64,000 nt of DNA from Eutreptiella sp. 'Long Island Sound 2002' (taxonomy: Eukaryota > Protista > Euglenida). Under the pieces are notes generated by a model that had not been told where the DNA came from, did no database searches, and saw only the letters and a list, made by a program, of their open reading frames with translations. Within the stretch, counting starts at the first letter, position 1; every line of letters starts with the position of its first letter. Below, one piece after another: positions 1 through 12,413 of this stretch. The position numbers and the translations under genes are program-made. The stretch is from assembly GCA_964036045.1 (NCBI GenBank), contig OZ038379.1, positions 44,640,001 to 44,704,000 of the forward strand, read 5' to 3'.

Positions 1-719
1 ACATCCACGACTCGCGGGTTGTGGATCATGCTGCAAGGGGTAGGGGTACTCGATGGTCTCCTCAACGGCCCCCAATGGCACGCTGAGATTGAGTACCTCG
101 GTGGCGGTAGAACGCTTTTGACGCGGTCCCGTGCGGCGGCCTGGCCACGGGACGCTGCGGCGGACACGCAAGCAAGTAGGCAGGCAAAGCACTGCGCTCA
201 CGGGGGCCCCCTCATCGAACAAAGCGTTCTAGGATCCTAGCCACTCTCGAACAAAACACAGGTATGTACAAAGACACATCAGGCCATCCGCAGAGGTGGT
301 GTAAGCCACATCCTGGGCCAAGGGTGCCTCAGGGCAGGAGCCACTCAGTCCTCAACCATATCCCATCCCTGGATCCGAACCTCCTCAGCGAGATGCAGGT
401 ACAGGGGTTGAAACACAACCCACTGACCTGCCCAAACTGGCCCTAGACCCCTGCAAAGGGAGAGGTCTACGGTTCCCAGGAAGCAAAGGACTTCAAGGCC
501 ACGCAACAGTGGCCCCCCATGCTCCTGTGATGGCGGGTCTGAACTTGCCTCTAAACCGGAGATATGGCCCCGTCATTATCCGCCAGTAGTTGGGGGCCGA
601 AAATGGGCTGTTTCAACCGACCCTGACTTTGGCTCAAAAAGGTCCGAAATCTACCCCTCAGCCGGGCCATATGAGGGCACGGGCAGAGCAGCCAACCCGG
701 TACCCACGAGCTGCACGGG

Positions 720-965
720 TTGCTTATCGAGCTTCTGGAAAGGCCGGAGATTCTCACCTTGCACGCCGTGCGCCGGGTTGGCCGTGGGCGGCAGCTTCAC
801 CTGAAGATCTGTGCCCTGTGCGGGGAATTGGAAAGAGTTGTCCACGTGCTGGTTGACACGGGCGCCCAGGTCAGTCTTGTCAAAACGCTGGCCTGCTTCC
901 TCCATCAACTTGGCTTCCTGAGATTTCATCGCATCGTGGCGCCACAGGGTCGCCACGTGGGGTGA
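720..965 (+). pseudogene. Retropepsin (A2 aspartic protease) fragment, LTR-retrotransposon pol remnant
   Basis: ORF contains VHVLVDTGAQVSLV (gttgacacgggcgcc at ~852-866), the D-T-G-A active-site motif of retroviral/Ty3-type proteases. No adjacent RT or integrase recognised. Confidence 0.6.
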
Positions 966-1422
966 GGATGCCCAAATTGGCAGTATTGGCCATCTTGGAC
1001 GGCCGGCTACAATGGCTTTTGTGGCGATCTCGTCAAGCCAAGCCTTATTCCACGCACCTTGATAACCCCTTCGGTCCCGTGCATCGGGGTCTCTCTTGCT
1101 GTCACGTTGGCTGCTTGCTGTTTCCCGAGGGGATGGTCACTCGAAGGGGCAGAAAATAGCAAGAAAGGCAAAATTGGCACGCACGGTAAGTCACAAGACT
1201 CCGGCTAGGCCGGAGAAGCAGATACAAAACTCTAGGACATGCGACGTGCGCGTGTGTGTCTGACGAACAGCGCAAGCATGGCCTGCGCTTTACGACAATT
1301 CGCAGATTAATTCTTGCGACTTCTACTGTTACCACCCATATTATCCCTTCTTTTTTTTCATTCCGCGCATTTCCAGCTATTCAGCACCACCTGACCGCTA
1401 CTTTTTTCTGAAACTGCGCATT

Positions 1423-3560
1423 ATGTCCGCTCCCACAGCATCAAACCCACCCTCGGTGTCGCGCACCGCTAACGCTGACACCTCTTCCCCACTCCCATCG
1501 CTGCCGGTGCCCAGAGCTCATTCCTTGCTGTCCGGTGCAAAAGAAAAGGATGAGAAAGCAAAAAAAAGACCCGCGGCCACAAGAGCCTCCTCTCCGGCCC
1601 TTAAACCTGACAATGCTCGGTCAAAGCCGAAGTTCCAACGAAATATTGGATCTCTTCTTGCTCGCATCGCACAAGACAGAGCGTCTAGTAGTAATGCGGC
1701 CTTCTCGAGCCACTTGCCACCTCCCCTTTCCCGTGTGTCACACACATCTCCTACTCATGATTGTGAGTTTCTTGGTCAAGAAAAAAACACTCCCCTTGAA
1801 GATGGTCAAGGACAAAAAAATACAAGTGATCAAACCCATACCATGGTCCTTGATGACCAACTCATGGGAGACGACAAAAAAAACCTTCTTGGCTTCGTTG
1901 AGGACGACAAAGCAAAAAAAACCTCACACGAATCCGAAGCTGATGAACACCTGCTCAATGATCCAATGGATGAAAGGAGGTCCATCCAACATACGCAACG
2001 TCTCCGAACACACTCCCGTGCCTCTTCTCTCGCTCCAGACTTGCACCATGATTCTCATGTGAATGTGGCATCTGATGCGCAACATGACTCCTGAGGCAGT
2101 GCTAAAGAGGTACTTCGCGACGCATTCGTCTCAACCCCATTCAGACCCACAATGGCCATTGACGTTGATCAACCCGACCCCGCAAAAACCTCACCTCTTG
2201 CCACGGTCACTACCTTTCGGCCGAGAGGAGCATTGCCAACCGGCTTTCCGGAACCTAGGGACCTAAACAAAGACGTCCAAGCGAGTAAAATACGAGTAAA
2301 AGGGCAATCCTGTTTTTCAAAAGTGGATGTTTTATCAGCAAGCCCTTTAGTCTACCATGACACCACCCCCTTGCCTCCGAGTGATCTTTTAGCGCACCTA
2401 CGCCCGACTCCCCAAATATTGATTTATGGAGACGGACTCCCATACCCGGGCTTCTTACATTCCTTTTCCATTGCAGACATTCCCAATTTTGAGTGGAACA
2501 AAGTAGCAGGTTTGACGACTTTTGTTATGTTGCCATCATTTGCCCCTTTTGAGGATGAGCCTACGTTCTACTCACAGAAAACCGTGGTAAAGCAAATTGT
2601 ATCTCTTATGAGTTTTTCGAGGCAAAACAATAAGACCCCAATTTTGTGGCTTGCGTATTGCTCAAAGGCGAACGTGGCTGACAGTGGCTCGCCACCTTGC
2701 TGGATAGGCGCATCGACCTAATCCCCGCCCTGGCCTTCCTCAATCTATCAGTAGTGTGTCCCATTCCACATTTGGCTGCCCGCAACCCCACCAATGACAC
2801 GATTGAGGCGAACCCGAGCCCGTTATACCACCCACTCATCATAATGCAACTCACCTCGGCCGTAATCCCCAAAGGGCACACGCCAGAAACCGTTGAGCTC
2901 TTCCCCAAGCAACCAGAAGCAACAACACAATCTCCACACATATACTGCCCCCAAGGCCTCGCTTTTCCAACTCCGCATAGATATCCCTTCGACCGTCGCG
3001 TTAAAAGTCGAGGGCACCGATGTAGTATGGAATATCACAGGGACCTTAAAGCTAATGCTATTGTTCAACGGCCTCTCCCCAGACGACACCTCCACTGTCT
3101 TAAAAGGCATAGTCGCCCCCCGCATCACCAAGCAGTATTGGCCTATCCCAGCCACATCCGCCCCCGACGGTTTCTGAATTTTCGATTTTCATGTGCCACT
3201 CGACGTTCTTTCCCGTTTTTACGAGGAGCAAGACGCCCTCTCTGAAATGCAGGTTTCACTGGGTCTGCTCCATGACTCAGTAAAAAACAATGCACTGATT
3301 ATCACACACCACCCCCTTTTGAAAAAAAGGCCCCCAAAAACAAGAAGATGCCATCCAACGTAATCAGGGATGCCATCGAATTAAACTCGTCCCTGCGAAA
3401 AGTTTTTTCCTTCATAGTCCTCTCAAATAAATATGACATTTTCTGCATGGTACATGAGCAAATGCTCATACAACCTGCGGTACAGAAGGTTGAAAATCTC
3501 GGTGACATGATTGTTGTGTCCGCCACAACACAACACCGCATCACAGCACAAGAAGTGTAA
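1423..3560 (+). pseudogene. LINE-A ORF1 (disrupted)
   Basis: ORFs 1423-2094 and 2152-2721 share a frame separated only by one TGA (2092-2094). Coding continues through frameshifted pieces 2697-, 2893-3177 and 3348-3560. Low-complexity charged N-terminus followed by a globular-looking region. Confidence 0.6.
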
Positions 3561-4659
3561 CGTACAGTCGCCCCACCCTTTGTACTTGTCCCCTTTCCGC
3601 CCATCTATGCCATCCCAGACATCATACGCTCTGCCGCCACTTTTGGCCCAGTTGACAGCCACCAAATTTTCCAACAGTCCGGAGCTTTGCTGGTTAAGTA
3701 TCAGTCTACACAGTCTGCCGCTGCCTCATATGGTGCCACGCTACCTGGGCCGGTGTATATTACATCCGGGACTGATCAGGATACGACTACATCCATTGCC
3801 GACAGATTGCAGTCAGTTTCCCTAACTGACCTGCCCAGTCCCCTGCTCAATGAAGCCAACTTGGCTGCGTTCGGTGGTAGTGAGCTCTCCCCGTTCAATA
3901 TGCCTGATCTTGTGTCAGGTGGTGATGTTTCACCAGTGCCCTCCATCCAGCCTGACCACAGTGCACGAGCTTCTGATCACCGTATGAGTGGACCCCCCCG
4001 CCGTATCCCCAACCTCCCCACTGAGCACGCAAGTCACACGCACCTTCATTTCTCCACAGTTGGCGAGAATGCCGTGCCCCCCTCGGCGATACACGATGTT
4101 ACTGATATGAATCTGCATCAGGTCTCACCCCCGCTCCCCCATTGCCTACCTGTGTCCCTGTCTGCACTTTTACAGTGTGCCACGGTCAGAGTAACCTTCT
4201 ACAGTGAGCTGTCGTACACGCTGGACGCATGGCAATCCAACACATGGCAGTTCTTCCACCTTGTTTCCATTTCCTTGGGCACCAGACGCCTATACCTCTC
4301 AGTGCTCACGCTCCTCACACTCTCTGCACTCACATCCACTACCCTCGCTGACATCGTGTGTCAATATTGCCGGCCTCCCCAACAACGCCAGAGACACCAC
4401 CCCCCTGCAGGACTCCTGCCACCTGAATCCATCAAAGAACCCCAACATGAATCCCCTGAACCCCCCCCCTCTCACCGCCACCTGAACCCCCCCCCAGCAG
4501 CACAAGATACCACCTTCAGAGCACCCCCAACTGGACACACCCTGTCGCATGCATCCCTTAATGCAGGAGGACCTGAGATCACGCCCAACCGACTGTGCCA
4601 CCTCTTGAATGGGTTCACAGAAGCCCCGCATACCCTCAGCCTACAGGAGTTTAAATTCA

Positions 4660-5250
4660 CGGGAACACACCCTATCAGGGAATACAAGCAAGTGGCCATG
4701 TTTTGGAAATACCACTTACTCTCCAGTTCCCCGACGTCCAAACATGGTGTAGCATTCCTGATCCACACCTCCGTATCCCCCTCACCACCTGCACTCACTG
4801 TCCATACACCTGGTATACTTATCTCAACACAACTGCACCTGCACCCTGATCCCCTGATACCCCCCTTGAGGATAGCATCCTACTACGGCCCACACTCCAT
4901 AAAAGACAAGCGACTGTGTGAACCTGCTCTTGGTTCCCTCCTCCGTGAGGCATGCATCATACTCGGCGACTACAACTGTACCACCCATCACTCTAACGCC
5001 ACGACACTCACCAGCAATCTTTGGCCCTGGCTGATAACCAAAGAGAGATCGGGTGCACTGAGTGACCTACTCATACCATATACCACCACCACACCATATA
5101 CCAGAGTCAGACGTTATGCTGGCACGAAGAGTTACATAGATCGCGCATACGGTACTCGCCTGTACCAGGCCTGCTACAGCCCCTCATCTGCAGAAGTACT
5201 AGACTTCTCCAAGGTACACGGGACCTCTGACCATGACCCGATCATAGTTG
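4660..5250 (+). pseudogene. LINE-A apurinic/apyrimidinic-type endonuclease domain (within ORF 3687-5444)
   Basis: HGVAFLIH, SYYGPH, IILGDYNC, SYIDRAY and GTSDHDPI match the APE/EEP motifs GVA, GDFN, IDR and SDH. Confidence 0.9.
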
Positions 5251-5872
5251 GGTCCATACCCTGGAACGCCCCACACATGCCAGAACCCCGCTGCACACAG
5301 TGGAATCGCCGAGACCTGCACAGATTTAGAACTCCCATTAAGTCTGGATGTGCATGGACTGCAATTCCAAGCCACCTATCACGATGTGGAGACCACATAC
5401 CACACACTGACACAACACATGCTGGCGGCAATGCAAGCGGTTAATGCTACCAAAGCGCCTCCTGCACCAAAAGCCACTGACATCTCAGACTGGCACCAGG
5501 TTGTCAAGCAACTGACCCGCCAGGCCAAAAGACGCTCCAAAGTCTTTTACCGCCGCATCAGACACACCCTCCTCACACAACCAGCACCCCCCACCTTACC
5601 TGTACCGTCACGCAAAATACAGCGCATCCTCCAGCGTAATTGCCCCTCCAGCGCACGTGCAGCTGAGGTAATTACCCCCCGAACTGTACTGGAGGACCCC
5701 CCCCCCCACGGTAGAGGAGCTGCGCTCCTTCGCAAAATACTCCAGGAGGAAATCCCCTGGCCCCGACGGCGTACCCCCCTACCTTCTCGCCGTACTACCT
5801 GATGCAGCCTTTGCCATACTACACAGTTGCCTGTCCATCTGTTACGAAACGGGGGTCATCCCCCACTGCTGG

Positions 5873-7048
5873 TTGGTCTCTGAGACCCTATGCATTTTTA
5901 AAGGTAAGGGGTCTTGGAGGGATCCAGACAGGTGGCGACCCATTGCAATGAGCAATTCCGTCTACCGATTACTCATGTGCTGGATTTATAAGAAACTGTA
6001 CCCCCTTATATCCCCCCACCTCCACCCACGGCAATATGGAGGGAGACAAGGTGTTTCGACAGCCCATGCCACACAAACATTCCTAGACGCCATAGATAAT
6101 GGCACCAAATGGGAAGCGATTTTCTCTTTTGATATGTACCATGCCTTCGACAGCCCGCCGAAGATACCCATTAGGGATGTGCTCAAGCGAATGGGGACCC
6201 CGGCCAAGCTACTGCTCCTAATTTCCACGGTGCTTGAGCACGGGTCTACCTACATCAGGGGAACCCCCAATGAAATCTTCGGTACTACCCATGGTGTTAA
6301 GCAGGGTTGCCCCATCTGATGCTTCCTTTTCGTTGTGGTCTTCGAGATTCCCCTACGATACATACAGTCACATAACATCATATTCTCCGCATATGTCGAT
6401 GACTTTTCTGCCCCTGTGGCCCAGCATGATGGCCCCAGAGTTGCCTCTGTGGTTCAGGCTGGCCTCAACCTGATTGGCTGTCAGCTGAATGTTATAGAAC
6501 GTGAGTCCCTCCCTGTGACCCCCCTCTACCCCCCTCCACCCGTGCTACCAAAATACACACATCCGCCCGAACCCCTGCAGGTGTCTAATGATTTCTGGAC
6601 TCCGGAGGTCTGTACACGTTGGCCGGATTGGGCAGACTCTACCGAGTATCCCATGGCCCAGGTATCCCACCTCATGCACCTTGCACACCCCATACCGAAG
6701 AACGTTGAGGTCGGACGTGCATTTCAGCTGATTTTCAGTGAGCTGCAAGCTCCACTTGCTGAGCTGAACGCCCTACCCTCACAGTCGCTCGACAGAATTC
6801 TAGTGGCGAACACCCTCATCATGCCACGACTCGTGTATCGCTGTGAGTGCCTCCCCTTGGCTGATGCACAGCTCAGTCAACTGGCGCGGGCCATCGAGCG
6901 TTACGTTTTTGGAGTTGCCGGGTTACCGTCACTGCTTGCGAAAAAAACATTGTACACACACCACAATCACGCCTTGGGATTACGTTGCATCAACATACTC
7001 CAGCCACCCGCATACTTGACTCCCTTCTCATCAACCGACGGCTATTAA
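5873..7048 (+). pseudogene. LINE-A reverse transcriptase domain (disrupted)
   Basis: WRPIAMSNSVYRLL, QYGGRQG, FDMYHAFD, GVKQGCPI (TGA at 6317-6319) and AYVDD are non-LTR RT motifs. Confidence 0.92.
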
Positions 7049-7232
7049 GATTCGACACGCAGGCCAAGTTTGCCCTGTCCCAGTGTAACTGCTTGGCCCC
7101 CCCCGGACCTCCCCCATGATCTGCCTCCCCGTTACATGGGGTGCCAAGCACTCTCTGCAAGGTGCCAGCGAAGTCACAACTACCTCCGGCCTTACCGCCT
7201 ATGTCCTACAGGGACGAGACAGCCACCCTGAT

Positions 7233-7588
7233 TGTACATACACTGACGGCAGCCGCATTGGGTCTCCCCCTGCCTCAGGTGCATGTGCCCTCCTCCCTCA
7301 CGGACGCATTGTTGTATGACGTGTACCCGGCCCTCCCAACTCGTATAAAGCAAAGGTCATTGGCATACTCCTGGGGTCCGAATTTCCCCCCCCCTCATCT
7401 ACAATCAAAGTAGATTGCAAGGGTGCCATTGCCTTGACCACCGGAGACAAGCGGCCTGTACGCCATGCCTGGTATGTCCAGATGGCCGGGCATGCCATCC
7501 AGGACAAAGGTCACCATTTGGATTGGATTGAGGGTCACACAGGACATCACTTCTAGGAGAGGTCTGATGAGTATGCGAACTACGGTTC
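7233..7588 (+). pseudogene. LINE-A RNase H domain (disrupted)
   Basis: YTDGS at 7239-7253, VDCKGAI, and WIEGHTGHHF*ERSDEYA (RNase H WVxGHxG..GNExAD motif). Confidence 0.85.
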
Positions 7589-7655
7589 CTCACTCCCACC
7601 CCCACCACCTGCAGTTGCCACAACCCCCTGGGACGTCATCCGCCACGGAGAGCTC

Positions 7656-8216
7656 GTGAACCCGCCAGACAAGGTCTGGACACACGACCTTACTTCCCCA
7701 CACACCCATGATCATTTCCACTCCACATTGTGGAAACCGCTCAAAACGCGCCGGCTGGCGTGGTATAAATCGCTTTCTGGGCTACAAACACGATTCGGGT
7801 ATAGCCACTATGCTACCTACTGGAACGACAACGTCCCTCCTGCCCCCTGCCCCCACTGCGGCCACAGGCACAACCTCAGTGTGCATGGCTACCTCGCCAA
7901 TTGCTCCCCAACCCACCCCCTTGTCCAGGCATCGTTGACTGCGTGGCCTGACCAGTACGTCCCCCGCACCTGGCGTGCCACAGCCATCAGGCGTGACCTC
8001 CGCATCGTAGGAAGGCTTGCTGTCCCCGTCTCGCTTTTTCGCGCCCTGTGTTCCCCCCATGGAGGGCCCAGAGCAGTCAGGAAGGTTGGGCACAAGTGGC
8101 AGCAGGCAGTACTGGACAGCGTCACCGCTGTCCTCTCTGAATCCATCCCAGCCCCACCGTCCAAGCCCAACCCTTTCACCCCATCTGACTGGCACATGTC
8201 TTCTCGCCCGGTCTGA
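7656..8216 (+). pseudogene. LINE-A pol C-terminus with zinc knuckle
   Basis: CPHCGHRHNLSVHGYLANC is the C-terminal CCHC-type motif of LINE pol. Stop at 8214-8216 is followed by a poly-C tract. Confidence 0.7.
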
Positions 8217-11099
8217 ACCCCCACACTAGTGCCCTGAACCCCCCCCCCCCCCCACCCCCACCACCCCCGTCGGCCCAAATTTCAGCCACCACAAAGCGAG
8301 GGTGCAGGCCGTGGGCTGGTTCCTCTTGGGGACCAGGAAACAGGGGAGCAGACCTTTTGCTGCCCCCACTCCCCCCAACAGAAATGGGGCCGGACCGAAA
8401 GCAGGCCCAGCACCCCCCCCCCCCGCATGCCCTCGCACCCTCACTGCAGGCCGTCACATGGTGATCGAGGTCCCTCAGGGAGCGGACTCCGAGCGACAAG
8501 TATGTTGGGATCTGGGACCCGCATGGTAACCCAGCAGGTGGTCCTCCTCTCCCACACAAGTGAACAGGTAGACCCATCCACCACCCTACCCCCCCTCCCC
8601 CCAGCCTGCGCCCCCGACGGGAGGGGTGCACGGAGTCGGCGCCCTCAGGGCCTAAAGGTGGAGGCTGTGAAGGGCTCACAGCTTGACCGCTGTGGGTATC
8701 CCTTGAGCGGCCTGCCCAGGGAACCTCCAGGTGTGCACGTGCCCCTCCAACTTCATCACAGACGCCTAGGCCAGCACAGCCCCGTGCACTCCAGTGCAGT
8801 TGTGGGTGACCCCTGGAGGCCAGACAGCCACCAGCCGACCCCTGCCCCCCCCCCCCCCCTTCCTCAACGGAGAGGCCATTCGGGTGTGGTGCCCTCTAGG
8901 CCCCCTCGTCTACGCGGGCTGTAGCGCCGCAGCCAGTGCAGCCAGCACTGGTGGCACCCAGGGCAGGGAAGCACACTCTGTGCCCTGGTGCCCCTCCATC
9001 TGCCCAGGGTACGCCCTCGGCCGTGGGAGCCGGACCCAGCCCGCGAGGCAGCACCACCTGTGCCTAAGGCAGTCAAGGAGTGCGGGTCTGACCCCAGTCG
9101 TGCCACGTACCACTGCCTTCCCGTGCCAATAGGCAGTCGTGGAGTGGTTGGGTAGCATGTCCTTGTGACGTGGAGGTTGCGAGCCCAGGCCCACATCTCC
9201 CCCGGCGGGCTCAATGTCAGGCTCTCCAGCCTCCCTGCCGGGGCCTGGAGCACCAGGCACACACTTCCCCGCGCCAACGCCGAACAACAGTGGAGCAAGC
9301 AGGTGTGCCACAGCCCTCCCCCCCCCCCCTCAGACACACAAGGGCACATACACACAGGCACGGCGGCATCTCCCGCCCGCGAGCGCCACCGCGGGGTCTG
9401 GGGGCGGTCAACAGTCCGGTAGGCCTTGTGACCGGACACCCGGGTACGGCCGCCCAGTCGGGTCCCGCAGGGAAGGCGGCGCGGACCGTGGGTAGGCGAC
9501 CAGGCGAGGCCTTGACCCAACCCAACCCAACCCAACCCCCCCCCCACCCCACTGTTTTATACCTGCCACGCCCGCCACATCTCTGCAGGAGGCAGCCAAA
9601 CACGCGAGGCACGAATCGATTCAATCTCGTCAGCATACCCCGTCTTAAACTAACACATGGCATGCGCGCATTGCCATCAGGGCATCACAGATTTTCTGTA
9701 CCGGCGCTTATACACCATTTCGACGCTCTGGTGTTTCTGTTTTGCCTGAGCCCTTGCATGGCGCCCCAGGGCCCCAGCACCCCTACACAGGACCCTGTTT
9801 CAGCCCCCTGGGACACTGAACAAGACATCCTTTTGTTGTGTTGTTGTACCTCTGCCCTGCCTAGCCTCCCCCTTGGCGACCACATCCAGCCTGGTCAGCC
9901 TGAGCCTGTCCCCCATGCCCCCTCTCAGTGCTTCTGCCTACCATGTCTCTATTTTTGCACCAACCATTGGCAGGTTGGCCCTCACACGGCCCTTTCACGC
10001 CCACATTGCTGTCGTGTGAGTGGAATGCCACATCCCCCCCCCCCCCGCTGTATGTCCACTCCCTGCCCGATCTCCCTCCCTCCCTCACCATCACCCTCCT
10101 CATACTCTGGGACTCACAGCACTGGCCACTGTCCGAATGCATGGTACCCCCACTGGCTGCCTTGGCCTCAGGGCCCAAAGCACGGGGCGATCACCCGCAT
10201 TATGCCACCCTGTTTATTTACGCTTTTCTCAGCATGTACCTCCACTGCATGGCCCCCCATACACTGACCCCTGACCGTCGGGGATGTGGGTGATTGGCTG
10301 TATGATGGGCTGGCCCTCTCCTGATTGGACCTTTGGACTGTGGACTTGAGATATGTGTTTCCAAAAAAAAAAAAAGATACAAAACTGTAGGGCGATCGGC
10401 CCTTGGTTATATGCTACAAGAATCGCAACTCCATTCTGGCTACCTCTTTTGCCCAAGGGAGACATGGTATTCCAAACGTGGCCTGAAATGGCAAAAACAG
10501 GGAAAATGGGCCCAAAAGGCCCACACTCACGATCCCATAGCATGGCATGGCAAGCAATAATCTAACCAAGGTTGCCAGAAACACATGAAATGTAGGTCCC
10601 AATATATGCCCCATGCCCACCCATCGAGGTTGCCCCTACCCATTTTTCCCCTCAGCGGAGAAAAGGTAGAAGAAAAATAACAAGGGGCAGCATACCCCAT
10701 ATTGAGCCACCCATGGCTCTCCCATCCCAAAGAGAGGACACAAGGGGATACACCCTATTCGAGGCCGGTCTATGTCGGCTTTCCAAATCGCAATTAACCT
10801 TGGACAATGGGTGCAAACGACTCGGGGGCGAACATTAAGATACTCATGGGGTTTGATGCCATTATTGCCAAAAAGCGGGTTAGCAGTCCCAAAAGTGATT
10901 ACTCCTAAAATTGTATCTCCAACTCCAGACAAAGATGGACTTTAGGCTTTTGCATGGAAGCAACCCAAAGCCTTAAGTACCCTTATCAAAATTGGCTCGG
11001 TCCGAAGCACAAGAAAATCATTTTTAACACTTTGGCCGTTGAGGCACCAGAAAAGTGGGAAATGTGGCCAAATGCCATTATTGGGACATCCAAAGACTC

Positions 11100-12413
11100 A
11101 CGTACTTGGTACCCATGATATCCCACGAGCAGCAAAACATGTACGCGTGTCTAAACAAACCCTGAAATGACAGTAATCAATAATGATAAATTCATACAAA
11201 CATACAACAGCAATCAATCACGTCAAATAGCGAAAACATGAAACCCAAATAATCGCAAATCCTACAGGCGCAATGCATCTGCAACTATCTGCGCTTATCT
11301 GTGCCTGTGACCTCCTGCACTCCCCTCCTAGGCCATCTGAGGCTGAAAAATTGGACCTGGAGGCACAGGCCAGAGATATATAATCTGTTGTACATTCCCC
11401 CGGACCACTCTTTTAAGGCCATGGTCCACCTATCTTTTTTTGGGTTTACCTACATTCTGAGTGGGGTACTTCAGCAAGAACAAATAGATAATGGGCTCAA
11501 ACATACACAATACAAGAAATGGGCTCGACATGACATCAAGGGGCGCTCGTCGCCAGCGCTGTTTCAACACAACAAGGCGAAGGCGCGCTAGTTGTCGCAA
11601 CCTGTCTCGTAGCCTGGACGCCTTGTTTCGGCGGGGCGCTCCTGCTCATCAGCAGGGCACGCTTCATCAAGCTGCAGAGCCCTCAGTAATCCAGACCCCC
11701 GAGACGTCGAAAAAGAAACGGCACGCACCGGACTGCATTCCCAAAGGCAATGCTGGCCAGAATCCTCACGAAACTTTTGCTCGCGACGCAGTCCTCTCCG
11801 TTCATATGGTCGGTCACGGTCACGTCTACTTGACGACTCGGCTTTGCACTGATCAGTACTCTCATCAACGAAAAGTCTTGATCTGTGAAACTCAAGCCCC
11901 AAACCATCAACCTTGGCGCCGCTTGAGTTGGCGCCCTCCTTCATGTAGCAACGGAGCCACAGCAGGCTGACTGTGTCTACTGGTTTGTCAACCGTAGCGA
12001 GCTCTTTCAAGTAGTCTTTGGCCAGCGCGTTGACTGATGACCCCACTGTGCCCACTACGAGACGAAAACTCTTGACACACTCGCACAAGACGCGGAAAAT
12101 CGCCAACACTATCTCCCCCTCATTAATATGGCACAGAAACGGATCCCATAGTCTCGCAGGATTTCAATATGACGATGCTACCATGAAACACTAACGTACT
12201 CGGTACCCATGATATCCCACGAGCAGCAAAACATGTACGCGTTCCCTAACAATCCCTGAAATGACAGTAATCAATAATGATAAATACATACAAACATACA
12301 ACAGCAATCAATCACATCAAAAAGCGAAAACATGAAACCCAAATGATCGCAAATCCTACAGGCGCAATGCATCTGGTACTATCTGAGCCTACCTGTGCCT
12401 GTGACCTCCTGCA
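11100..12413 (-). mobile_element. TRIM-like non-autonomous LTR element
   Basis: 220-bp direct repeats at 11100-11319 and 12194-12413. On the minus strand a PPT (AGGAGGGGAG) abuts TGCA at 11319, and a PBS-like TGGTAGCA lies at 12183-12176. A 173-codon ORF (12109-11588) starts just after it. TSD is not clean. Confidence 0.65.

Larger units (their letters stand above)
1340..8260 (+). mobile_element. LINE-A: degenerate non-LTR retrotransposon (ORF1 + APE-RT-RNase H-CCHC pol)
   Basis: Collinear ORF1 then APE, RT, RNase H and C-terminal zinc-knuckle motifs over ~7 kb. Ends are approximate and no TSD was identified. Confidence 0.85.

Noticed and set aside
8270-10300. GC-rich block after LINE-A as a possible protease-bearing 3' extension like LINE-C
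   Set aside because: Only a vague LPVP..H.LV resemblance with stops and no Asp or Cys motif.
11400-11500. Chromodomain-like YLF..PHSECR* remnant in the TRIM
   Set aside because: Requires several assumed mutations and is too weak to support.
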